From NCBI GenBank assembly GCA_903923795.1, contig CAIXYX010000092.1, positions 1 through 44,922 of the forward strand: DNA of 44,922 bases, in the 5' to 3' direction. The DNA comes from an uncultured Candidatus Micrarchaeota archaeon (GTDB lineage Archaea > Micrarchaeota > Micrarchaeia > Anstonellales > Anstonellaceae). The position numbers and the translations under genes were made by a program. The notes beneath the pieces are model-generated. The model saw only the letters and a program-made list of their open reading frames with translations. It had not been told where the DNA came from and ran no database searches. Below, piece by piece: positions 34,614-42,079 of this stretch; the first letter of the stretch is position 1, and every line of letters begins with the position of its first letter.

Positions 34614-34997
34614 ATGGAGAATTATCACAAACCCTTCAAGGCAACGGCCCGAGGCACGGGCGGCAAACGCACGCGCAACAGCGACAAGAAGCTGGCGCAT
34701 TTCGGCCAGCCGCCCACCAACCCAAAACTTGGTGAGAAAGAGAACCGCCTCGTGAAGCACACCCGCGGCGGAAACATCAAGCCGAAGCTCAAGACAACTT
34801 CTTTCATGAACCTGCTCATGCCTTCCGGCATGAAGAAGGTGAAAATCCGCAACGTGACGGAGACGAAAGACAACCGCCATTACGCGCGGCAGAACATTTT
34901 GACAAAAGGCGCCATAGTCGACACCGAAGCCGGCAAGGCCAAGGTGACGAACCGCGTGGGGCAGGACGGCGTTGTCAACGGCATTTTAGTGAAGTAA
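34614..34997 (+). CDS. rps8e: 30S ribosomal protein S8e
   Basis: The C-terminal block NRHYARQNILTKGAIVDTEAGKAKVTNRVGQDGVVNGILV matches archaeal S8e closely. GGTAGGTG lies 6 nt before the ATG at 34614 (the track start is 34605). Confidence 0.9.
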   Translation: MENYHKPFKATARGTGGKRTRNSDKKLAHFGQPPTNPKLGEKENRLVKHTRGGNIKPKLKTTSFMNLLMPSGMKKVKIRNVTETKDNRHYARQNILTKGAIVDTEAGKAKVTNRVGQDGVVNGILVK

Positions 34998-35003
34998 ATT
35001 AAA
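34995..35003 (+). promoter_or_regulatory. TATA-like box (TAAATTAAA) 23-31 nt upstream of the ATG at 35026
   Basis: It overlaps the S8e stop codon, at the recurrent spacing. Confidence 0.4.
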
Positions 35004-35025
35004 CACAGATGCTCAAGGGCATTCT

Positions 35026-35481
35026 ATGCTCTCGGCCCTTTTAGTCCGCTCATCGCGGCCATTTTCACAATGCTTAATGGAGATGCGGGAGAGGAAATTA
35101 TCGGCCACATTGGCGGATGCACAGGCAGTCTATTCGCCAAACCACCTCGAGATGGCGGCAGAATTAGCCGCGAAAAGTTTGGCAGATGGCACGGCGGTTT
35201 CTTCTCGAGTTGAGATGGAATTTTTGCTCTGGTTGGGCATGAGCACACATGTGCAGGCCGCTTTGGAGAGAGTCGGTGCGAAAGACGGGCAGATGGCTTG
35301 GCTGGTTCTGCTTGATGCGGATGCGAAAGATAAAGACGCGGAAAAACTCGCCGACGAGCTTTGCTTGGAAAAAATTAAACAGAAAGATTCGGCTATCAAT
35401 CCCCGCGCATTGGTTTTGTTCGGCGTGAAAAACGAGGATGCACTGTTCGAGAAGATGGCATTGTGCCGAATAGTGAATTAG
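35026..35481 (+). CDS. cgi121: KEOPS complex subunit Cgi121
   Basis: EFLLWLGMSTHVQAALERVGAKDGQMAWLVLL parallels MJ0187 (EILVRASGQRQIHEAIKIIGAKDGNVCLI). The C-terminal ALFEKMALCRIV is like VLEKIALIEL. The ~150-aa size also fits. Confidence 0.7.
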   Translation: MLSALLVRSSRPFSQCLMEMRERKLSATLADAQAVYSPNHLEMAAELAAKSLADGTAVSSRVEMEFLLWLGMSTHVQAALERVGAKDGQMAWLVLLDADAKDKDAEKLADELCLEKIKQKDSAINPRALVLFGVKNEDALFEKMALCRIVN

Positions 35482-35504
35482 AAGCCTGATTGTAGATGCG
35501 GGGC

Positions 35505-35732
35505 TCATAACGCCTTCTCGAACTGCTCGCGCGTCATATTCAGGTCCTTTTTGATGATTTTGAGCAGAAGGCCGGGCCCTAATTCTTCGCCGGAATGGAG
35601 CGGGATGACCGCCACGCGGCCATCTGCATGTTTATAGACGCCATGGCTCCCAGTCTGGCCTACAAAAGAGAAACCTAAACGCTCGACAATTCGGGCCAGC
35701 TCGCGGCCCGTCAGGCGGGGCAGCCGAGGCAT
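35505..35732 (-). CDS. hicA: HicA-family toxin (mRNA interferase)
   Basis: 75 aa with LTGRELARIVERLGFSFVGQTGSHGVYKHADGRVAVIPLH, the typical HicA/YcfA fold signature. Confidence 0.85.
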   Translation of the reverse strand: MPRLPRLTGRELARIVERLGFSFVGQTGSHGVYKHADGRVAVIPLHSGEELGPGLLLKIIKKDLNMTREQFEKAL

Positions 35733-35735
35733 TGT

Positions 35736-35945
35736 TTAGACCTCGACAACTTGGATACCGACGAACACGTCCCGTTTGAGCGGTGCCTTCGAAAATGAGA
35801 GATAAGCTAATATGGCCTCTTTGGTGCGCTCAATCAAATCAGTCATATTCTTGGCTTGGGTGTGGCAGCCCGGAAGCCCCACCACCTCGGAAACCAGCCA
35901 GCCGTCTTCGTCCCGCTCGACCAGCATTGTGTATTTGTTTGTCAT
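35736..35945 (-). CDS. hicB: HicB-family antitoxin (UPF0150 core only)
   Basis: 69 aa with YTMLVERDEDGWLVSEVVGLPGCHTQAKNMTDLIERTKEAI. It lies 3 nt upstream of hicA. No appended DNA-binding domain is visible. Confidence 0.8.
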   Translation of the reverse strand: MTNKYTMLVERDEDGWLVSEVVGLPGCHTQAKNMTDLIERTKEAILAYLSFSKAPLKRDVFVGIQVVEV

Positions 35946-36026
35946 TTGGATTCACCGGATAGTATATGGGCGCCGGAACCAAATAAACCTATCGCTGTCG
36001 AGGCAGTGGAGCGGTTTGCCACTGAA

Positions 36027-37415
36027 TCAATCCGCCCTCGTGATATACCGATACACCATGTCCCTGTCCACAGGCAAATCCAAACCCAATACGCGATGAA
36101 CAAAGATAATGATGTCCACCGCGCGGTTCGGCTCTATTTTTGTGCGCGCGGCGATGTCGCGCAAGGATTCGGCCTTGCCAATCATCTGATAGATGAGCAA
36201 ACCCTCGCGGCCGAAGCGCTTGTACACTGCCAAGCCATTGTCGCCGTAGCGGTGGCGCACCTCGGCGCGGTTGAGCTGCTTGAATGAGATGAGGCCGGCC
36301 TTGCCCAATTCGCCCAAAATGACGTCGAGGTCGCGCAGCGAGAGTCCTGTTTCTGTGGAGAGTTGCACGAAATCCTTGTTGCTGTCGACATGCTTGAGCA
36401 AATCATTGCCGACGTGGCCGAATTTCATCGAGAGGATTGCCTTTGTGCGGGCTTGGTTGAAGATTGATGGGTGGGAATTGAGAACAGGCACGTCGATTGG
36501 CAGGGCGTCGGGGGAGAGACTTTCACCTGCCGAGGCGTCACCAGACTCCACCATGGGCTTGAAACCAACCCCATCATCGCCCATTTTCGGCATGGCGGGA
36601 TGCCCGCCGGCTGTCGGCGGGGCCGCGCCGGGCGGAGTGGCGCCTGACGTGTTGGGGCCGGAAGTGGCGGAACCGCCGCTCGGCCCGCGCAGGGGGCGGT
36701 CGAGTTTTATGATGCCCTGCTCGTTCATGAATTCGAGAATTTCCACAAGTTTCGATTCGGACAAGCCCGTCTCGTTGAGTATGTCCTCGGCAGTGCGCTC
36801 GCCGTCGATTAGCGTGTAGACCTGCAAACCGACCTGTCCGTATTTGTCGAATATGATTTTCTCCAAAGGCGAGCGGGCGGGCGAGGTTGGAGCGCCTTTG
36901 TCCTCTCTGCCGGCATTCGACGAGCGGATGTTTGATGATGAGCGGGAAGACTCGGGAGATGGAGAGGAGCGGGAGGATGACTGGCGGTCCGGGGAAGGGG
37001 AAGAAGAACCGCTGGGAGAAGATGAAGGAGAATTATCCGAGTTGACGGGAGGGGCGGCTGGAGGCCTTGACGATTGGCTTGAGAATTGCGAGAGAGGAGG
37101 TGCGGATGGCTGGACAGAACGCCTGTTCTCGTCTGAAGGCGGGCGTTCGGCCGCGTTTGATATGGGCGCTGCCCCTGCGCCCTCCTCGTGAATCGCGCCG
37201 TCGTTTATGAGTTGTGTGACGATTTTGACGAAAAGCTCCTCATCGACTCCGCTTATCGCGAATATCTCGCGCGCGCTGCGCAGGCCGTCGAACTCGTCGT
37301 AGACCGCGGCCCCCGGAGGGCCGAAGTTCTTGAGTATGCGGTTCTTGTTCTTGAACCGATCGAGCGGAGTCTGCTCCATTTTGGAGTATATCCGCCCCAT
37401 GTCGAATTGCGCCAT
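36027..37415 (-). CDS. Protein with four winged-helix-like repeats and long Ser/Pro-rich linkers (unknown family)
   Basis: There are four ~60-aa repeats of the form [KR]-[FY]-G-x-x-G-x-x-[VLI]-Y-...-G-L-x-x-x-x-L-x-x-I-L-...-G-[IL]-I. They are NFGPPGAAVYDEFDGLRSAREIF...LINDGAI, KYGQVGLQVYTLIDGERTAEDIL...MNEQGII, KFGHVGNDLLKHVDSNKDFVQLS...LGKAGLI and RFGREGLLIYQMIGKAESLRDIA...HRVLGL. I prefer the ATG at 37415 (MAQFDMG); the track ORF starts at 37502. Confidence 0.7.
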   Translation of the reverse strand: MAQFDMGRIYSKMEQTPLDRFKNKNRILKNFGPPGAAVYDEFDGLRSAREIFAISGVDEELFVKIVTQLINDGAIHEEGAGAAPISNAAERPPSDENRRSVQPSAPPLSQFSSQSSRPPAAPPVNSDNSPSSSPSGSSSPSPDRQSSSRSSPSPESSRSSSNIRSSNAGREDKGAPTSPARSPLEKIIFDKYGQVGLQVYTLIDGERTAEDILNETGLSESKLVEILEFMNEQGIIKLDRPLRGPSGGSATSGPNTSGATPPGAAPPTAGGHPAMPKMGDDGVGFKPMVESGDASAGESLSPDALPIDVPVLNSHPSIFNQARTKAILSMKFGHVGNDLLKHVDSNKDFVQLSTETGLSLRDLDVILGELGKAGLISFKQLNRAEVRHRYGDNGLAVYKRFGREGLLIYQMIGKAESLRDIAARTKIEPNRAVDIIIFVHRVLGLDLPVDRDMVYRYITRAD

Positions 37416-37567
37416 ACACATACCGCCACATATTGCATATCGCCGGCTGCATTCCCGCTGCCACAGGCGCCGATTACGCCCATGGCATGCGCAGGCCATC
37501 AAGCACGTCTGCGAGACGCCGATGACATGCCCATGCCACGCCTGCGTCTTGGAGCACGAGTGTAATG

Positions 37568-37574
37568 TTTAAAA
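37568..37574 (+). promoter_or_regulatory. TATA box (TTTAAAA) 25-31 nt upstream of the ATG at 37599
   Basis: Recurrent spacing. It supports 37599 rather than the TTG at 37584. Confidence 0.45.
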
Positions 37575-37598
37575 GCGTTCGAATTGTGCGCAAGACCT

Positions 37599-39245
37599 AT
37601 GGGGCTGGACGACCTACTGATCAGCACGGGAGTGGATGCGCTCATAAAACTCGTGCGCGAGCGGGGCCGAGTGGACATCAAGGTGGCGGCGAGCACACTC
37701 AAATTGCCTTTGCAGACAGTCGAGGACTGGACCCGCGTGCTCGAGGGAGAAGGCCTCATCAAAATAGAGTACCAGCTCACCAACGTCATACTTGTCTGGA
37801 AAGCGGCGAGCGGCGAGGAAGTGAAGGCCCGCGGCGTGGCCATAACGCACAAGAAGAACGACACGGTCGCCAAGATTGAGGCCATCCAGACAAGCGTGCA
37901 GCAGAGCCAGGTCGAGCTTGGCGCATTGCAGGAGCAGATGACGCTTACCAATCAGAAGACGCACGAGCAGATGGAGCGGCTGTCAAAAGACCTGAGCGAG
38001 AGCAACAAGCTCAGCGAGCAGGCCGCGGATTTGCTGAATGCCAAACAGGCGCAGATAAAGCAGATGCAGGAGGAGTCGGAAGGGCTCCGTGCCGAGCTGG
38101 CAAGATTCGCACAGGCGATGAAAGAGATTCCCGGGCGCGAGAATCTGGCCTCATCTCCGGCAAAGGTGAAAAGGCTGGCAGACGAGGAGGACCGGCTGGC
38201 CGAGAAGATGAAGGCGACGGAAGGCGTGTTCGAGAAAGTCGAGTCTGACATTCGGGCGCTCAATGACCGGATTGACAACGACCGCACCGGTGCCGAACTC
38301 GCCGAGATAAAGAAAACGCTTGAAGACCTCCAGTTCTCGCGCTCGGAGATGGTGAAGAACGCGCAGACGCTCACACGTGAATCTCAGATGCTGGGCGAGG
38401 AAGTGGAAAAAGTCGGCGCCCGCATAAAGGAGATTGAGGGGCACAAGAACGGACTGGTCAGGCCCGAGAAGCTGCTCGCGCAGGCCGAGGCGCTCGCGAA
38501 GACTGTTGCAAAGCAGCGCGAGAATGTGCTCGGAGACATGTCGTCCGAACTCGATGCGGTGCGGCGGCAGGTGCAGGCTTACACGCAGGCCCAATACCAG
38601 TATCAGACCATTTCCACGCGCAGCGAGGCTTTGCGGGGGCAATTGGCGCAGCAGGGCCATGAATTGGGCGAATTGTCGCAGGCGCTCACCGCGGCCACCA
38701 CAGTCTATAATCAGGACCTGGTGGAGGCTCGCGACCATTTGGAAGAACAGCAGGGCAAATACGCCAAATTGGAGGAGAAGGCGAAGAAGGTCGAATACAT
38801 CCTCGGACACTTGCAGGAATTGAAGACGGAGGGGGACATATTGTCGGCGAAATTATCAGGCATAATCAAAGAGGCCAATTTGATGACGTCGCTCGGACCG
38901 GTCGCGGGCGGCTCCGGCCCGGAAACGGCAGCAGGGCCGAAAAATGAGGGCAGACAGAAAACAGACAAAGTCAGCGGGACTTCGGATGACCGCGGGCCGT
39001 CGAGCCACTTGTCACTGCCTGGCTCGGCCACGGGAGCATCGAGCGCGCTCGGAATCGGCGTGCAGGGCGCCGGCGGAGCGGGAGCGCATGGCATCGGCGG
39101 GGCGGATAATCTGCCGGCTGAATTGGTGCAGCGCATCGCCCTGACCACAGCCGAGGAGGAGGAATTCGAGAAGAAGAGACAGGAGCTCGGATTTCTGATA
39201 AGAAAGATGTGGGACGAGGACAGGAATACGGGGCATGGGGCTTAG
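37599..39245 (+). CDS. Winged-helix plus ~350-aa coiled-coil protein with a disordered Gly-rich linker and a conserved-looking C-terminal helix (unknown family)
   Basis: The N-terminus GVDALIKLVRERGRVDIKVAASTLKLPLQTVEDWTRVLEGEGLIKIEY looks wH-like. A long heptad-rich E/K/Q/L segment follows, then a G/A/S/P linker, then LPAELVQRIALTTAEEEEFEKKRQELGFLIRKMWDE. Confidence 0.7.
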   Translation: MGLDDLLISTGVDALIKLVRERGRVDIKVAASTLKLPLQTVEDWTRVLEGEGLIKIEYQLTNVILVWKAASGEEVKARGVAITHKKNDTVAKIEAIQTSVQQSQVELGALQEQMTLTNQKTHEQMERLSKDLSESNKLSEQAADLLNAKQAQIKQMQEESEGLRAELARFAQAMKEIPGRENLASSPAKVKRLADEEDRLAEKMKATEGVFEKVESDIRALNDRIDNDRTGAELAEIKKTLEDLQFSRSEMVKNAQTLTRESQMLGEEVEKVGARIKEIEGHKNGLVRPEKLLAQAEALAKTVAKQRENVLGDMSSELDAVRRQVQAYTQAQYQYQTISTRSEALRGQLAQQGHELGELSQALTAATTVYNQDLVEARDHLEEQQGKYAKLEEKAKKVEYILGHLQELKTEGDILSAKLSGIIKEANLMTSLGPVAGGSGPETAAGPKNEGRQKTDKVSGTSDDRGPSSHLSLPGSATGASSALGIGVQGAGGAGAHGIGGADNLPAELVQRIALTTAEEEEFEKKRQELGFLIRKMWDEDRNTGHGA

Positions 39246-39298
39246 CGCGCAGATGAAAGCATGACCGATGCACACGAGCCGGCATTTCCGCCATCCAT

Positions 39299-39308
39299 CT
39301 TAATTAAC
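39299..39308 (+). promoter_or_regulatory. TATA-like box (CTTAATTAAC) 23-32 nt upstream of the uvrB GTG start
   Basis: Recurrent spacing. Confidence 0.4.
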
Positions 39309-39330
39309 TCCCATTGAGCCAATCTAACCC

Positions 39331-41331
39331 GTGCTCAATCACTTCGAACTAGCCTCGCCCTTCGCCCCTGCGGGAGACCAGCCGCAGGCGATAGACAAAC
39401 TGATATCGGGAGTGGAACAAAACAAAAATAAAAAATCAAAACAGACTTTGCTCGGAGTCACCGGCTCGGGCAAGACTTTCACAATCGCAAATGTGCTGGC
39501 GCGCACGAATAGGACTTGTCTCGTAATCTCGCACAACAAGACCCTCGCGGCGCAATTATATTCGGAATTCCGCTCGTTTTTCCCAAAGAATAAAGTGAGT
39601 TATTTCGTCTCATATTTCGATTATTATCAACCCGAAAGTTATCTGCCCGCATCTGACACTTACATCGAGAAAGACAGCCGCATAAACGAGCGAATCGAGC
39701 GCATGAGGCTTCAAGCGACGGCTCAACTCACAAGTGACGGCCCCACAATCATCGTGGCCACAGTCTCATGCATCTATGGTTTGGGCTCGCCGCAGGAATG
39801 GAGGAATTTCTCCATCAATTTGGAGAAGGGCGGGCAGATGGGCAGACGAGAGCTCATCCGCAAGTTGCTCGAAATGCAATACACGAGAAATGAGACTGAC
39901 AGGGCGCCGGGCACTTTCTCGGTGAAGGGCGGGATAATCACCATAGCTCCTGCATATGACGAAGAGCTGCTGAGAGTACAAATAGAGGAAGAATCAATAG
40001 CGGCGATGGACATGCTCGACCCGATAAATTTCAGGTCGATACAATCATTGTCGCATTACACGCTCTTTCCTGCAAAGCATTACCTTGTAGATGAGGATGC
40101 CAAAAAGAAGGCTATCAAGACCATTCGGGCCGAACTCGAGGAGCATCTGCCCAAATTGGGGGCTCTCGAAGCGCAGAGGCTCAAGACGAGGACAAAATAC
40201 GACCTTGAGCTCATCGAAGAGGTTGGCTATTGCAACGGCATCGAAAATTACTCGAGGCATTTCGACGGAAGAAAGAGCGGCGAGCCGCCTTTCTGCCTCT
40301 TGGACTTCCTGCCCGCAGACACGCTCATGGTCATTGATGAGAGCCATGTCACATTGCCGCAATTGCACGGCATGTATCACGGCGATTATACGCGAAAAAA
40401 GAATCTTGTTGATTATGGATTCAGACTCCCTTCAGCGTTTGACAATAGGCCGCTCAAGTGGGAAGAGTTCGAGAAGAAGATGCCAGATGTTATTTTTGTT
40501 TCTGCAACTCCGGCAGAATATGAGAAGACGACTTCGGACCAGATTGTGGAGCAGCTTGTGAGGCCGACAGGCATCATCGACCCGCCGGTCTCGATTAGGC
40601 CGACGGCGGGACAGATGGATGATTTGCTGCAGAGGGTGAAAGCAAAGGCAAAAGATGGCCACCGAACACTGGTCACCACGCTCACAAAAAGAATGGCCGA
40701 AGATTTGGCCGAGTATATGGCTGCCCGCGAAATCCGCGTGCGCTACCTTCATTCGGAAATCGACACCATTGCCCGCGCCGAGCTCATCCGCCAGCTGCGC
40801 TTGGGTGAATTCGACTGTGTTGTGGGCATCAATCTTTTGCGAGAGGGTTTGGATATTCCGGAAGTCGGCCTTGTGGCGATTCTCGACGCAGACAAGGAGG
40901 GCTTTTTGCGCAATGCCACGAGCCTTATTCAGACAATCGGGCGCGCGGCGAGAAACATTGACAGCGAAGTGATACTCTACGCCGACCGGACTTCAGATGC
41001 GATGGAAGAGGCAATTGCCGAGACTGGCAGGCGCAGGGCCGTGCAGGTGGAATATAACAAAAAGCACGGCATCACGCCGATTAGCATACACAAATCAATC
41101 TCTGACCGCCTCGGGCCGGTTGACGAGGGCGAAAGCCCGCTTGGCCATGCCACTGTCACCGATGTGAAGAAGCAGCTTGTCTTGTGGGAGGAGCAGATGC
41201 GCCTTGCGGCCGAGAATCTTGACTTTGAGAAGGCCATTGAATTACGCGAGAAAATCGCCGACTTGAGGAAGAAAGTGGAGGGCAAGAAGAATAGGGTACG
41301 GGCGGCGAAGAAAGACGCGGAAGACGAATGA
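39331..41331 (+). CDS. uvrB: Excinuclease ABC subunit B
   Basis: FAPAGDQPQAIDKL, Walker A GVTGSGKTF, VIDESHVTLPQL, the helicase C-terminal motifs and the C-terminal UVR domain (LAAENLDFEKAIELREKIADLRK). Confidence 0.95.
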   Translation: MLNHFELASPFAPAGDQPQAIDKLISGVEQNKNKKSKQTLLGVTGSGKTFTIANVLARTNRTCLVISHNKTLAAQLYSEFRSFFPKNKVSYFVSYFDYYQPESYLPASDTYIEKDSRINERIERMRLQATAQLTSDGPTIIVATVSCIYGLGSPQEWRNFSINLEKGGQMGRRELIRKLLEMQYTRNETDRAPGTFSVKGGIITIAPAYDEELLRVQIEEESIAAMDMLDPINFRSIQSLSHYTLFPAKHYLVDEDAKKKAIKTIRAELEEHLPKLGALEAQRLKTRTKYDLELIEEVGYCNGIENYSRHFDGRKSGEPPFCLLDFLPADTLMVIDESHVTLPQLHGMYHGDYTRKKNLVDYGFRLPSAFDNRPLKWEEFEKKMPDVIFVSATPAEYEKTTSDQIVEQLVRPTGIIDPPVSIRPTAGQMDDLLQRVKAKAKDGHRTLVTTLTKRMAEDLAEYMAAREIRVRYLHSEIDTIARAELIRQLRLGEFDCVVGINLLREGLDIPEVGLVAILDADKEGFLRNATSLIQTIGRAARNIDSEVILYADRTSDAMEEAIAETGRRRAVQVEYNKKHGITPISIHKSISDRLGPVDEGESPLGHATVTDVKKQLVLWEEQMRLAAENLDFEKAIELREKIADLRKKVEGKKNRVRAAKKDAEDE

Positions 41332-41402
41332 ATGATGGCTGAAACATAACCTTAAAAGAGCAGATGGGGAAATTTGTAACAATTATATCCGGAGCTTAGA
41401 CC

Positions 41403-41957
41403 ATGGAAGAAATCACACCCTTAGACGCGGCGCTGAACTCGCAGCTATCGCTTGACGTGATTCCCCTAGCCTTGCGCCGGCAGCTCAAAGCCATCGGCCC
41501 GTGGAACACCGAGCCTCTGGAGAAACTAAGCCACTACCCATTCGAGGTGGCCGGTCCTATTTTCGAAGCCTTGTCCAAACACCCGCATTGGGACATCAGG
41601 ATGCAGGTGGTCAATGCGCTGGACGAATATCCCCGCGCGTATAGCGGCAAGCTTTTGCTCAAAATCGGCGAGACCGACAAAGACAGAGGTGTGCGTATGC
41701 GGGCGGGAGAAGTCCTGCTGGCCCACCGCCATGACCTCACCAATGGCAAGAACGGCATCGCCGCGACCGCCTTGGGTATCATCGATAATGCCTGGAAGCG
41801 GGATAATGAGCAGAAGCTTCGGACCGCATTCCCGCGCGAGAATGCCGAAATCAGCAGGGAATTGGTGAAAGCCGCCCTCAAACCGAGCGAGAAGCAGGTG
41901 AAAAGCGCGAATTACGGCGCCCGGACCGCAAGCGCCAGAGTGGCGGCAGCCCCGTAA
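41403..41957 (+). CDS. HEAT-repeat-like protein between uvrB and uvrA
   Basis: The repeated pattern HWDIRMQVVNALDEY... and DKDRGVRMRAGEVLL resembles PBS-lyase/HEAT repeats. This is a weak call. Confidence 0.5.
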   Translation: MEEITPLDAALNSQLSLDVIPLALRRQLKAIGPWNTEPLEKLSHYPFEVAGPIFEALSKHPHWDIRMQVVNALDEYPRAYSGKLLLKIGETDKDRGVRMRAGEVLLAHRHDLTNGKNGIAATALGIIDNAWKRDNEQKLRTAFPRENAEISRELVKAALKPSEKQVKSANYGARTASARVAAAP

Positions 41958-42079
41958 AGAGAAGAGTATTTGTTGATATAAAGGGGCTTTCGGGCGTAAT
42001 TTGGCGATTACTATTTATTATCCGCCGCATAAATTAGGCGAACCAGTTCAACGACGAAAAGAAAAAAGCAGGTCAACCC

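Noticed and set aside
36027-39245. Labelling the wH-repeat / coiled-coil pair as ESCRT-II, CdvA/CdvB or an SMC-kleisin-kite system
   Set aside because: No diagnostic motifs (Snf7, PRC barrel, ABC ATPase head, EAP30) are visible. Only a generic architectural analogy exists, so it is kept as a hypothesis in the findings and not as an annotation.
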